64,000 nt of DNA from Candidatus Aceula lacicola. GTDB taxonomy: Bacteria > Omnitrophota > Gorgyraeia > Zapsychrales > Aceulaceae. The stretch spans positions 2,826 to 66,825 of the forward strand of contig JAVCCC010000028.1 in assembly GCA_030765785.1 (NCBI GenBank), in the 5' to 3' direction. The first letter of the stretch is position 1. Each line of letters begins with the position of its first letter. The translations under genes and the position numbers were made by a program. Below the pieces are notes generated by a model, which was not told the DNA's origin, ran no database searches, and saw only the letters and a list, made by a program, of their open reading frames with translations. This document shows, piece by piece, positions 43,501 to 52,733 of the stretch.

Positions 43501-45046
43501 AATAAAGGAGTTGTGGTTTTTCAGATAAAACCGCCAATGGCGTATCACAGCCCATAGAACCAATAGGCTCGGATCCTTTCACTGCCATCGGAGCCAGAAT
43601 TAACTTAAGATCCTCGCGAGTATATCCAAAAATGCGTTGACGTAAAGCCAGAGTCGATTTATCAACAGGCAAAGAAACGACATCGTTAAAGAATCCATGC
43701 AGCTCAATCTTATTTTCCTGTACCCACCTTCTGTAAGGTTGACGACGAGAATAAAACGTTTTTATCTCCGTGTCTTTTAAAACACGTTTTTTCTCCAAAT
43801 CAACTAAAATAATTTCTCCTGGCCGCAAAGACCCTTTTTCAGCAACGTTTTTAGGATCAATGTCTAAAACTCCAGTCTCGGAAGCTAAGACCATAAACCC
43901 ATCTTTAGTAATTGTATAACGACAAGGACGCAGGCCGTTGCGATCCGATAGCGCCCCTACAACATGACCGTTGCTAAAGGCAACAGCAGCAGGCCCATCC
44001 CAGGGCTCCATAAGTCCTGCGTGATATTCAAAAAACTTTCTTAAATCTGGACCAACAGGATATTTGACACCCCAAGCCTGAGGAATCATCATCATCATTG
44101 CATGAGGCAAGTCTCGTCCGCCATTAGCTAAAAGTTCTAAAGCATTATCCAAACAAGCTGAATCGCTACCATTAGGATCAATAATCGGCAATATTTTCTT
44201 TATATCCTCACCAAAAAGATCCGATGATAAAAGCTTTTCGCGAGATTGCATTTCATTCAAATTACCACGCAAGGTATTGATCTCGCCATTATGCGCCAAA
44301 TAACGAAACGGCTGAGCCAATTTCCATGAAGGAAATGTATTCGTGCTATAGCGTTGATGAACAACAGCTAAAGCACTAGCTAGCAATGGATCTTCAAGGT
44401 CTCTATAAAAAGCGGAAACCTGCGTAGCCATCATCAACCCTTTATAAATAATTGTCTGATGAGAAAAACTTGGAATATAAAACTGATCTCCTAAAGATAA
44501 TCTCTCTTGGACTTTATGCTCAATTTCTTTGCGCAATACGTATAATTTTCGCTCAAAAGCTTCTGGGCCAAGATTCTCGCAAGAAACAAAACATTGCACG
44601 ATAAAAGGTTGTTCTTCTCGAGCCTTTTCCCCTAGCGTAGAACTTTCCACTGGAACAGCTCGCCAGCCCAAGAATTTCAAACCTTCCTGCGCCGCAATTT
44701 CTTCAGTAATCTCCTGACAAATATTGCGTAAATCGTTTGCTTGAGGCAAAAACATCATAGCAACGCCATAGCTTCCCTGTTCAGGCAAAGTAATCTTAAG
44801 CGCTTGGCATTCTTTTTGAAAAAAATCATCCGGGATTTGTATCAAAATCCCTGCGCCATCACCAGTCTTAGCATCTCCACCAGTAGCACCACGATGAAGA
44901 AGGTTCTCTAAAACTTTAATAGAGCGAACAATGATATCGTGAGATTTTCTTCCATCAATATTGACAAGAAATCCCACTCCGCAGCTATCGTGTTCAAATG
45001 CTGAATCGTATAATCCTTGATTGAGAGGAAAATTAAATTTTTTCAT
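40508..45046 (-). CDS. gltB: glutamate synthase large subunit
   Basis: HDSCGVGF, HQRYSTNT, QGAKPGEGGQLPGHK, SPPPHHDIYSIED, GXGXG domain. Confidence 0.98.
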   Translation of the reverse strand: MKKFNFPLNQGLYDSAFEHDSCGVGFLVNIDGRKSHDIIVRSIKVLENLLHRGATGGDAKTGDGAGILIQIPDDFFQKECQALKITLPEQGSYGVAMMFLPQANDLRNICQEITEEIAAQEGLKFLGWRAVPVESSTLGEKAREEQPFIVQCFVSCENLGPEAFERKLYVLRKEIEHKVQERLSLGDQFYIPSFSHQTIIYKGLMMATQVSAFYRDLEDPLLASALAVVHQRYSTNTFPSWKLAQPFRYLAHNGEINTLRGNLNEMQSREKLLSSDLFGEDIKKILPIIDPNGSDSACLDNALELLANGGRDLPHAMMMMIPQAWGVKYPVGPDLRKFFEYHAGLMEPWDGPAAVAFSNGHVVGALSDRNGLRPCRYTITKDGFMVLASETGVLDIDPKNVAEKGSLRPGEIILVDLEKKRVLKDTEIKTFYSRRQPYRRWVQENKIELHGFFNDVVSLPVDKSTLALRQRIFGYTREDLKLILAPMAVKGSEPIGSMGCDTPLAVLSEKPQLLYSYFKQLFAQITNPAIDPIREELVMSLMTFMGKFGNILTEVPQNARLIKLMHPILSNEDLERVSSLKLKDFWTTTLQMGFLRQGNGEDLGEALDKLRRVAATAVRNGCSLLILSDRNLPDGLIPISTLLVVSAIHQHLINEGLRSQVGLVVETAEAREVHHVALLLGYGATAINPYLAFETVVDMAQRKMLEKGVSTTKALENYIHALCKGLLKIMSKMGISTLRSYRGAQVFEAVGLSRDIVEKYFTGTVSSIEGIGLDEVAKEANLRYEQALEDSRVDSDALANGGQYAFRRDGERHLWTPEAIYKLQTATRNNDTKLYKEYAQLINDQTKKQSTLRGLFKFKKTKAISIEEVEPVSSIVKRFVTSAMSFGSISREAHETLAIAMNRMNARSNSGEGGEDPARYKPLPNGDSKCSEVKQVASGRFGVTAEYLVNAKELQIKIAQGAKPGEGGQLPGHKVNEEIARVRYSTPGVTLISPPPHHDIYSIEDIKQLIFDLKNVNPKARVSVKLVSEAGVGTIAAGVAKAHADMVLISGHDGGTGASPLSSIKYAGAPWELGLAETQQTLVLNNLRSRIRIQADSQMKTGRDVVIASLLGAEEFGFATAPLVVCGCVMMRNCHMNTCSVGIATQDPQLRKNFSGKPEYLVNFFSMIAEEVREYMAQLGVKTMDELVGRSDLLEVNEAIDFWKAKGLDFSRILTQVVQKENSDVRCREAQDHGIEKVLDKKLIELAREALEKKEPVFIEMPIFNTNLTTGAMLSGEIARRYGQEGLPEDTIVCHFQGAAGQSFGAFLSKGIKFILEGESNDYLGKGLCGGKIVVKPYKKSTYNPGENAICGNVLLYGATSGEAYIHGCVGERFAIRNSGVYVVVEGVGDHGCEYMTEGRVVILGETGVNFAAGMSGGIAYIYDPDNKLDGRCNLDMVDLELVRDVKDIVELKNMIEKHFSYTQSQKAKDILDNWDQALPSFVKVFPMEYRRVLGKMMKEDEAIEREEKVFK

Positions 45047-45078
45047 AATTTAAATTTATTAACTTTTAAAAACACCCA

Positions 45079-46773
45079 TCACATATTTTTCTTTTCTTGA
45101 TATCGATTCGTAATCGGCAAGCGACGATCCCGACCAAATGCTTTAGGTGTAATTTTAATCCCCGGAGGAGATTGCCGACGCTTATACTCCACACAATCAA
45201 CAAGTCCAATAATCTTTTTCGCAAGGTTACCATTAATCTTTTTTTTCTTCAACGACTTTAAACTCGAATCTCCTTCAACATAAGCCTCAAGAATAGAATC
45301 CAAAACATCATAAGGCGGAAGGCTATCCTGATCTTTTTGTCCTTTTTTAAGCTCTGCTGTAGGAGCTCTTTTAATAATACTTTTAGGAATCAGATCTAAA
45401 CCTTCTTTTTGATTACGATAATCAACCAACTTATAAACTTTTGTTTTAGGAACATCTTTAATCGGTGCAAATCCACCTGCCATATCACCATAAAGAGTGC
45501 AATATCCAACAGCAAATTCACTTTTGTTGCCTGTTGTTAAAACAAGATGTCCAAATTTATTAGAAAGGGCCATTAAAATATTACCTCGAATACGTGCTTG
45601 TAAATTTTCTTCAGCAATATTTACTTTTTGTCCTAAAAATGACTTCTTTAGCGCTTGAACATAACTTTGATACACTTGTTTTATTGGTATTTCAATAAAA
45701 TCGATTCCAAGATTCTTTGCTAATCTTTGCGCGTCTTCTCTTGTTCCTTTCGATGTATGCTGCGATGGCATAGAGACACCTAAAACATTTTCTTTGCCAA
45801 TTGCATCACTTGCAATTGTAGCAACCAAAGCAGAATCAATCCCACCACTAATTCCAAGAGTAATCTTTTTAAACCCATTTTTAATAATATAATCACGCGT
45901 TCCACAAACAAGGGCATTATAAATTTCTTCGTTTACACTTATTCTTTTCTTTTTCTTTGACTTAATAAAAACCTTTTCTGTAGATACATCTTGCTTAAGC
46001 ACGCATATTTTTACATTCTTAGAAATTTTCTTTTCTTTAGCTTCAATATCAACAACAATTAAATCATCTTTAAACTGTCGTCCCTCTGCTAAAACCTCCC
46101 CTTTAGGGCTAACAACAACACTCGATCCATCAAAAACAAGCTCATCTTGTCCACCAACAAGATTACAACAACAAACAAATGCTTTTACTTGTTTTGCCCG
46201 CTTAACAAGAAGAGATCGACGCTCAATGGTTTTGCCGCAACAATATGGAGAAGCCGAAAGATTTAAAAGTATTTGTGAACCATCTTTAACTTGTTTAGCA
46301 GACAACCCTTTTTCTTCCCAAATGTCTTCACAAATACTTATGCCAAAACGAATTCCATCCAAAGAAAAAATAGGATTCTTTTCCCCTTTAAAAAAATAAC
46401 GCTTTTCATCAAAAACTCCATAATTAGGAAGACATTCTTTTGCATAAACACCCTTAATCTTTCCACTAGAAATAACAGCAGCAGAATTATAAAGTTTTTT
46501 ATTACGTTTACGATCCACAAACCCAACAACAACAATAATATCTTTTATTTTTGAAGCAAGACTGTGGAGTACCTTTATATTATCATCAACAAAATGTTTT
46601 TTAAAAAGCAAGTCCTCCGGTGGATAACCTGTGATACTAAGCTCTGGAAAAACAACCACGTCAGCGTCTACCTGCTTAGCGGTTTCCACAAAACTCAAAA
46701 TCTCCTTGGCATTCTGATAAAGATCGCCAACAATTGTATTCATTTGTGCAAGTGCGATTCTTATTTTTTTCAT
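45079..46773 (-). CDS. nadE: glutamine-dependent NAD+ synthetase
   Basis: CN-hydrolase domain (FPEL, ICED) fused to SGGIDS, ENLQARIRG, TGNKSE. Confidence 0.96.
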   Translation of the reverse strand: MKKIRIALAQMNTIVGDLYQNAKEILSFVETAKQVDADVVVFPELSITGYPPEDLLFKKHFVDDNIKVLHSLASKIKDIIVVVGFVDRKRNKKLYNSAAVISSGKIKGVYAKECLPNYGVFDEKRYFFKGEKNPIFSLDGIRFGISICEDIWEEKGLSAKQVKDGSQILLNLSASPYCCGKTIERRSLLVKRAKQVKAFVCCCNLVGGQDELVFDGSSVVVSPKGEVLAEGRQFKDDLIVVDIEAKEKKISKNVKICVLKQDVSTEKVFIKSKKKKRISVNEEIYNALVCGTRDYIIKNGFKKITLGISGGIDSALVATIASDAIGKENVLGVSMPSQHTSKGTREDAQRLAKNLGIDFIEIPIKQVYQSYVQALKKSFLGQKVNIAEENLQARIRGNILMALSNKFGHLVLTTGNKSEFAVGYCTLYGDMAGGFAPIKDVPKTKVYKLVDYRNQKEGLDLIPKSIIKRAPTAELKKGQKDQDSLPPYDVLDSILEAYVEGDSSLKSLKKKKINGNLAKKIIGLVDCVEYKRRQSPPGIKITPKAFGRDRRLPITNRYQEKKNM

Positions 46774-46877
46774 TTTTTTGCCTACTTTTTATACAATAAA
46801 TTTCAAAAAAACTTAAAGATTCCAAAGCCTTCAATATCAACATACTTTTTAAAAAAAATCATAAATCTTTCCTAAAA

Positions 46878-48971
46878 TTAAAGCATAAACAACATCTCAG
46901 CATAAGATGGAAGCGGCCAAATATCTGACGGAACTAATCCTTCAAGAGTATCAATTGGCTGACGTAATCTTTCCATTGCTTGTTTTGTCTTAACGCCATC
47001 CTTTTTTGCAATAATTGCCTCTAATTTATCCACATTAACCAAAGCCATCTCCACTTGCCTTGTAATTTCCTTAAGTAATTTACGAGACGCTGTTGACTTT
47101 GTTTTATTTACAGACTCAACTGATCGAATTGTTTCAGCTAATTGATTTTGATATTCAATAGCAACTGGCAAAATCATAGTTTTTGCCATATCCGCTGCAA
47201 GTCGCCCTTCAAAATCTAGAATCGTCTCATATATTGCCTTATACACTTCATAACGAGAAGCTAACTCTTTTCTAGTTAAAACTTTCTGTCTTTCAAACAA
47301 AGCTGGAATCTCAGGTTTCTTTAAAATCTCCAAAGCTTCTGACGTATTCTTTAAGTTCGAAAGACCTCTTTTCTTAGCCTCCTTAACCCAATCTTCTGTA
47401 TAATTATCTCCATTAAAGATAACTCGTTTATGCTCTTTAATAATACTCTTTAAAAGATTCTGAACAGATACATTAAAATCTTTTTTATCTTTTTCTAACG
47501 TTTCACACATTTCATCTAAAACATCAGCAACAATCGTATTTAAAACAATGTTTGGTCCGGCCAAATTTGTATTAGAACCTACCGCACGAAATTCAAACTT
47601 AGCACCTGTAAATGCAAAAGGAGACGTTCTATTGCGATCTGTTACGTCTCTTGGCAACATTGGCAAAGAATCTACCCCAATTTCTAAGACACCACCTTTT
47701 TTAGATGTTCTTGCACCACCTTTTTCAATCTGCTCAATAATATCTGTAAGCTGATCACCTAAAAAGATAGATATAATAGCAGGCGGTGCTTCGTGAGAAC
47801 CAAGTCTGTGATCATTTCCTGCCGATGCGATAGAAACACGCAACAGTTCTGCGTACTTATCAACAGCCTTAATTACAGCACAAAGCACAACTAAAAATTT
47901 TGCATTATCATGAGGATTATCCCCTGGAGCAAGCCAGTTTTTTCCATCAGGCCCAACAATAGCCCAATTATTGTGCTTACCAGAACCATTGATTCCAGCA
48001 AAAGGTTTTTCATGAAGAAGACAAACAAAGCCATGCTTCTCTGCAACCTTTTGAGCAATTTCCATACAAATCATATTATGATCAACAGCTAAATTAAGAC
48101 TTTCAAAAACTGGAGCTAACTCATACTGCGCTGGCGCAACTTCATTGTGTCGAGTCTTTGCAGGAATACCCATTCTCCACATCTCTCGATCAAATTCTTC
48201 CATAAAACCCATAATCCGAGTTTTAATAGCTCCAAAATAATGATCTGACATCTGCTGATGCTTGGCTGGCTCTTTACCAAAAAGAGTGCGCCCTGTCTGA
48301 ACAAGGTCGATTCTTTGATAATAATAGTCTCTATCGATTAAGAAGTATTCTTGTTCACCCCCAAGCGTCGCATACGATTGTTTTCCTTTTGAACTAATAC
48401 CGAACAGCTCTCCTAGACGACAAACTTGCTTTGACAAAGCTTTCATAGAACGCAACAAAGGCGTCTTTTTATCCAATGATTCACCATGCCATCCAACAAA
48501 ATACGTTGGAATACAAAGCGTTGCACTCTCAGGCCCTTCTTTAATAAAAGCAGGGCTTGTTGGATCCCATCCAGTATAGCCACGTGCTTCAAATGTTGCA
48601 CGAAGACCACCTGATGGAAAACTAGAAGCATCTGGCTCACCTTGAGTTAATTCCTTTCCAGAAAACTTTAAAATAACTCCCCCCTCACCATCTGGAGTAA
48701 TAAAAGAATCATGTTTTTCTGCTGTTGTTCCTGTCAAAGGCTGAAACCAATGTGTAAAATGAGTCGCTCCCTTGGAAACAGCCCACGTCTTCATCGCATC
48801 AGCCACTTCGTCTGCAATCGACGAATCAAGAGTTCCCCCTTGTCTAATTGTTACACTTAAAGATTTATACGCTTTTTCAGATAAATAATTGCGCATCACT
48901 TTAAGACTAAATACATTTTCACCGTAAAAATCTGCTACCGTCTCAACATTTTTCTTAGATCTTGCTTTCAT
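46878..48971 (-). CDS. glnN: glutamine synthetase type III
   Basis: ATHFTHWFQPLTG, EPDASSFPSGG, GGEQEYF, HNEVAP, HEKPFAGINGSGKH, DRNRTSPFAFTG. Confidence 0.96.
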   Translation of the reverse strand: MKARSKKNVETVADFYGENVFSLKVMRNYLSEKAYKSLSVTIRQGGTLDSSIADEVADAMKTWAVSKGATHFTHWFQPLTGTTAEKHDSFITPDGEGGVILKFSGKELTQGEPDASSFPSGGLRATFEARGYTGWDPTSPAFIKEGPESATLCIPTYFVGWHGESLDKKTPLLRSMKALSKQVCRLGELFGISSKGKQSYATLGGEQEYFLIDRDYYYQRIDLVQTGRTLFGKEPAKHQQMSDHYFGAIKTRIMGFMEEFDREMWRMGIPAKTRHNEVAPAQYELAPVFESLNLAVDHNMICMEIAQKVAEKHGFVCLLHEKPFAGINGSGKHNNWAIVGPDGKNWLAPGDNPHDNAKFLVVLCAVIKAVDKYAELLRVSIASAGNDHRLGSHEAPPAIISIFLGDQLTDIIEQIEKGGARTSKKGGVLEIGVDSLPMLPRDVTDRNRTSPFAFTGAKFEFRAVGSNTNLAGPNIVLNTIVADVLDEMCETLEKDKKDFNVSVQNLLKSIIKEHKRVIFNGDNYTEDWVKEAKKRGLSNLKNTSEALEILKKPEIPALFERQKVLTRKELASRYEVYKAIYETILDFEGRLAADMAKTMILPVAIEYQNQLAETIRSVESVNKTKSTASRKLLKEITRQVEMALVNVDKLEAIIAKKDGVKTKQAMERLRQPIDTLEGLVPSDIWPLPSYAEMLFML

Positions 48972-49103
48972 GCATTCCTCCTATTTAATATTCTAAGATT
49001 CAAATCCTCTGCCATCTCTTCCCTATAAATATATCAGTCTTTTAAAACTTTCTTTTCTACAAAAAACAAAAAAAGTCACTACCAAGCTACTCAAGAAACT
49101 TAC

Positions 49104-49445
49104 TTATCCTATCGCTTCGCTTCCTTCTTCTTCTGTCCGAATGCGGATACATCGAGGCAAATCTAAAACAAAAATCTTTCCATCTCCAATATTGCCAGTT
49201 TTTGCACCCTTAATAATCGCCTGGACTGTTGGCTCAGCATACTCTTTGTTAACTGCGATTTCAAGTCGAACTTTTTTGAGCAAATTAACTTCGTGAACGA
49301 TTCCACGATAAGTCTCACTATACCCTTTTTGCTGACCGCAGCCAAGAACATTCATAATAGTCATTTTATGGACATCCGCTTCAAATAACGACTTTTTAAC
49401 ATCTGGCAATTTGTGTGGTTGAATCATTGCAATGATTAACTTCAT
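49104..49445 (-). CDS. glnK: PII nitrogen regulatory protein (amtB-linked)
   Basis: [18 protein letters not shown]-loop [21 protein letters not shown]. Confidence 0.93.
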   Translation of the reverse strand: MKLIIAMIQPHKLPDVKKSLFEADVHKMTIMNVLGCGQQKGYSETYRGIVHEVNLLKKVRLEIAVNKEYAEPTVQAIIKGAKTGNIGDGKIFVLDLPRCIRIRTEEEGSEAIG

Positions 49446-49475
49446 GATATTTTCCTCCATTAACATAAGATTGTT

Positions 49476-50738
49476 TTATTGTGTTGTAAAGATCTGAAAT
49501 CCTGTATAAGACTCCATTCCATGTTCACCGATGTCTAAACCTTTAAGCTCTTCTTCTTCGCTAACACGCAAACCAATTGTTGCGTCAATAAGCTTAAAAA
49601 TAATTCCCATCGTAACACCGACAAAACCAACCACAGCAAGAACTCCCAATGCTTGAATGCCAAGCTGAGTTAAGCCTCCTCCATAAAACAATCCATTAGT
49701 GGAAACACCTAAAGCTGCCTTACCAAAAAGTCCAACTGACAAAGTTCCCCAAATGCCATTTATGCCATGAACGGGAAAAGCTCCCACAGGATCATCAATG
49801 CGAAACTTATCTAAAAGAACAACCCCCAAAACAACCAAAACACCTCCAACACCGCCAATCACAATAGCTGCCCAAGGATCAATGAAAGCACAAGGAGCTG
49901 TAACAGCTACAAGACCCGCCAAAGCACCATTCATAGCCATAGAGAGATCTGGTTTTCCAAACATTCTCCAAACAACCAGCATAGCCACAATGCCTCCAGC
50001 TGCTGCTGCTAAATTCGTGTTAATTGCAATTCGTGCAATTAAACTACCATCTCCAACGCCTAGTGTTGACCCTGGATTAAATCCAAACCATCCAAACCAT
50101 AAAATGAAAACACCCAAAGCTGCCAGCGGAATATTATGACCCGCAATAGCATTAACGCTTCCATCTGTATTATATTTTCCAATGCGTGATTTTAAAATTA
50201 TGGTTCCAATCAGTGCTGCAACACCCCCAACAGTATGAACAACCGTTGAACCGGCAAAATCTGCAAAACCAAAATTAGCCAACCATCCACCACCCCAAAT
50301 CCAATGACCAACAATTGGATAAATAAAAGCAGAAATTAAAAACGAATATATCAAATAAGCTTGAAATTTCATGCGTTCAGCCATGCCGCCTGCCACAATC
50401 GTTGCAGCTGCTCCACAAAACACAGCCTGAAACAACCAGAACGCATACAGGGGAACATCCGCTGCAGATTCAGCACCAACCAAAAACCATCCGCTTGTTC
50501 CCATGAAACTATTTCCAACACCAAACATAATGGCATATCCAAAGATAAAAAACCCTAAAGATGCCATACAAAAATCTAAAAAATTCTTTGTCAAAATATT
50601 GCAAGTATTTTTGGCCCGTATAAAACCGGCCTCAACCATGCCAAATCCTGCCTGCATAAAAAACACTAAAAAAGATGCAATGAGCACCCACATGGTGTCA
50701 ATGCCTGTACGAATACTAATTAAATCACTTGGGTTCAT
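49476..50738 (-). CDS. amtB: ammonium transporter
   Basis: FFMQAGF, DFAGSTVVH, LWFGWFGFNPGS, DDPVGAFPVHG (twin His). Confidence 0.96.
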   Translation of the reverse strand: MNPSDLISIRTGIDTMWVLIASFLVFFMQAGFGMVEAGFIRAKNTCNILTKNFLDFCMASLGFFIFGYAIMFGVGNSFMGTSGWFLVGAESAADVPLYAFWLFQAVFCGAAATIVAGGMAERMKFQAYLIYSFLISAFIYPIVGHWIWGGGWLANFGFADFAGSTVVHTVGGVAALIGTIILKSRIGKYNTDGSVNAIAGHNIPLAALGVFILWFGWFGFNPGSTLGVGDGSLIARIAINTNLAAAAGGIVAMLVVWRMFGKPDLSMAMNGALAGLVAVTAPCAFIDPWAAIVIGGVGGVLVVLGVVLLDKFRIDDPVGAFPVHGINGIWGTLSVGLFGKAALGVSTNGLFYGGGLTQLGIQALGVLAVVGFVGVTMGIIFKLIDATIGLRVSEEEELKGLDIGEHGMESYTGFQIFTTQ

Positions 50739-50769
50739 TTCCGCCCTCCTTGTTTTGGAGGATTTTCTT

Positions 50770-50838
50770 AAAAAAGAAAATCCTCAAGTTAAAGCCTAAA
50801 CACACCATCAGTGGCTCTTCTTGAGGACGTCATTGCCC
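50770..50838 (-). promoter_or_regulatory. ANTAR hairpin/terminator module 3
   Basis: GGGC-AAUGAC-GUCC overlapping terminator GUCCUCAAG...CUUGAGGAU-UUUCUUUUUU; inner hairpin GCC-ACUGAU-GGU. Confidence 0.8.
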
Positions 50839-50848
50839 AGTTTAAAAC

Positions 50849-50907
50849 AAAAAAGCCCAACCTTTCTCCTATGCTTCTCGTTGGAAAAATGTTGGACATC
50901 CTTGCCC
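50849..50907 (-). promoter_or_regulatory. ANTAR hairpin/terminator module 2
   Basis: GGGC-AAGGAU-GUCC overlapping terminator GUCCAAC...GUUGGGC-UUUUUU. Confidence 0.8.
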
Positions 50908-50911
50908 AAAT

Positions 50912-50958
50912 AAAAAACCCTCTCAACCTTTCATTAGATCAAGAGGACTCCTTTGCCC
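50912..50958 (-). promoter_or_regulatory. ANTAR hairpin/terminator module 1
   Basis: GGGC-AAAGGA-GUCC overlapping terminator CCUCUUGAUCU-AAUGAA-AGGUUGAGAGG-G-UUUUUU. Confidence 0.8.
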
Positions 50959-50971
50959 TATTACTGATCTA

Positions 50972-50999
50972 AATATACAACATTCTAAAAAAATGTCAA
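50972..50999 (-). promoter_or_regulatory. sigma70-type promoter of the amtB operon
   Basis: TTGACA-16 nt-TATATT, 13 nt upstream of the first ANTAR hairpin. Confidence 0.7.
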
Positions 51000-51009
51000 G
51001 TGCAAAAAA

Positions 51010-52254
51010 TCAAGATTTTTTCTGAAGCTCATCCATCAAAACAATAGACTCTGCAATTTCTTTCATTGTCTTACAAGAATTCATGCTCTTTTTATGAATC
51101 ACTTTATGCGCCTCTTCTTCAGCCAGTCCTTGCATGCGCATCAAGATCCCCTTAGCCCGCTCAACAAGCTTACGAGTTTCAAGCGCTTCTTTAGCTTTAA
51201 CAGTCTCCTCAACAAGCTTAGTGTTTTCAATAGCAATCGCTGCCTGATTTGAAACCATTTGAAGAACGCTAATCTCTTCTTGCGAAAAAACATGCGGTCT
51301 TTTTGTATAAATATTGATAACACCAATCACGCGATCTTTAACAATCATAGGCACCGACAACATTGAACTTAAATGTTCTTTTTCTGCAAGATTTCGATAC
51401 GCATACTTCTCTTCCATGCGTACATCAAAATACATTTTAGCTTTTTTTGCCTTAACAGCTTCTCCGCTTAATGATTTTGATACTTTTACATTAGGCTTTT
51501 TCTTATAATCTTCACTTAAAGACTGCGTTGCCTTAATCGAAAGCTCCTGCTTCTTTTCATCTAAAAGCATAACCGAACAAATTTTAGAATCTAGCATTTC
51601 TGCCGTAACAACAACAATCAAACTCAAAATTTCATCTAAATAGCTTTCCGAAGTAATCGACTGACTCACCTTCATTAATTTATCAAATTGAATAGCCTTT
51701 TTCTTTGTCTCAGCATACAGCCTAGCATTCTCAATAACTCCGCTAACTTGTTTTGCAATAGTAGAAATTAAGCTAACAATACTCAGCGGAAAATCATATA
51801 CCCTTTTATGCTGTGCATTGATAACACCGATGGCAGACCCTTTATGCAAAATAGGAATCGAAAGAAAAGCTTCATATTGATCTTCAGGAAGAACATCAAA
51901 ATTCTTAAAACGAGAATCCTTGTACGCATTCTCCTTAATCTGGACTGTTTTATTCTCCTTAGCAACCCAACCTGTAATACCTTCGCCTACCTTTAAAGTA
52001 ATAGCACCAAGTTCTTTTTTATGAGGCGTTTTTGAAGCCATTAAAGTCAAAATCCTTCTTTTATTATCAAAAAGATAAATAAAAACAGAATCTACTTTTG
52101 TAATCGTATTAATAATTTTAACAACTTCACCCAAAACAAAGCTTAAATCTAGATCGGAACTTGTCAAATCAACAATTTTACTCAAAATCTCTATCTGCCG
52201 AGCCTGAGTGATTGCTGTTTTACCAGATTTCTTTATTTTTCTTTTTTCAACCAT
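51010..52254 (-). CDS. GAF-GAF-ANTAR RNA-binding antiterminator
   Basis: Two GAF repeats (GEGITGWVA...FLSIPI...IGVIN; SLSGEAV...LSVPM...IGVIN) and a C-terminal LETRKLVERAKGILM...AHKVIHKKSMN...MKEIAE ANTAR motif. Confidence 0.92.
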   Translation of the reverse strand: MVEKRKIKKSGKTAITQARQIEILSKIVDLTSSDLDLSFVLGEVVKIINTITKVDSVFIYLFDNKRRILTLMASKTPHKKELGAITLKVGEGITGWVAKENKTVQIKENAYKDSRFKNFDVLPEDQYEAFLSIPILHKGSAIGVINAQHKRVYDFPLSIVSLISTIAKQVSGVIENARLYAETKKKAIQFDKLMKVSQSITSESYLDEILSLIVVVTAEMLDSKICSVMLLDEKKQELSIKATQSLSEDYKKKPNVKVSKSLSGEAVKAKKAKMYFDVRMEEKYAYRNLAEKEHLSSMLSVPMIVKDRVIGVINIYTKRPHVFSQEEISVLQMVSNQAAIAIENTKLVEETVKAKEALETRKLVERAKGILMRMQGLAEEEAHKVIHKKSMNSCKTMKEIAESIVLMDELQKKS

Positions 52255-52351
52255 AATGATTCCAAGAATATTAATATCAACAACTTATCGCATATTTTAA
52301 CATAAAAAAACAAAACTTCCAATTCCTTTAAAAACACGCTAAAATATTAAT

Positions 52352-52720
52352 ATGCAAAAAAAGATTTTAATTATTGATGATGACCCCGTCCAGACAAAAC
52401 TTTTAGAAACAAAACTTCCTGAAAATGGATATCTTTTTTTATCAGCTACCAAAGCAGCTGTCGGCCTTCAAATGGCTATAAATAAACACCCAGATTTAAT
52501 TATTTTAGATGTTATGATGCCTATCATCAACGGCTATAATCTCTGTCAACTTCTTAAGAACGACCCTACACATAAAAATATTCCAATCATTCTTCTAACT
52601 TCTCGCGATAAAGAAAAAGACATCGAGATTGGTCGCAATGTCGGGGCAGACGCCTACCTTATAAAACCAGTCAGCATCTCTTCTTTGTTAGAAAAAATAA
52701 AAGAACTTCTAAAAAACTAA
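52352..52720 (+). CDS. single-domain response regulator
   Basis: IIDDD, LDVMMP, LLTS, YLIKP. Confidence 0.92.
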   Translation: MQKKILIIDDDPVQTKLLETKLPENGYLFLSATKAAVGLQMAINKHPDLIILDVMMPIINGYNLCQLLKNDPTHKNIPIILLTSRDKEKDIEIGRNVGADAYLIKPVSISSLLEKIKELLKN

Positions 52721-52733
52721 CTAATGTCATTAA

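Noticed and set aside
48972-49103. Additional ANTAR site upstream of glnN
   Set aside because: GGC-AGAGGA has an A1/G4 loop but no closing stem and no partner hairpin or overlapping terminator.
50770-50958. Three spaced GGGCAAnGnnGTCC repeats as a mini CRISPR array
   Set aside because: The repeats are only 14 nt, non-identical and unevenly spaced (51 and 69 nt), with no cas genes. ANTAR hairpins with terminators explain them.
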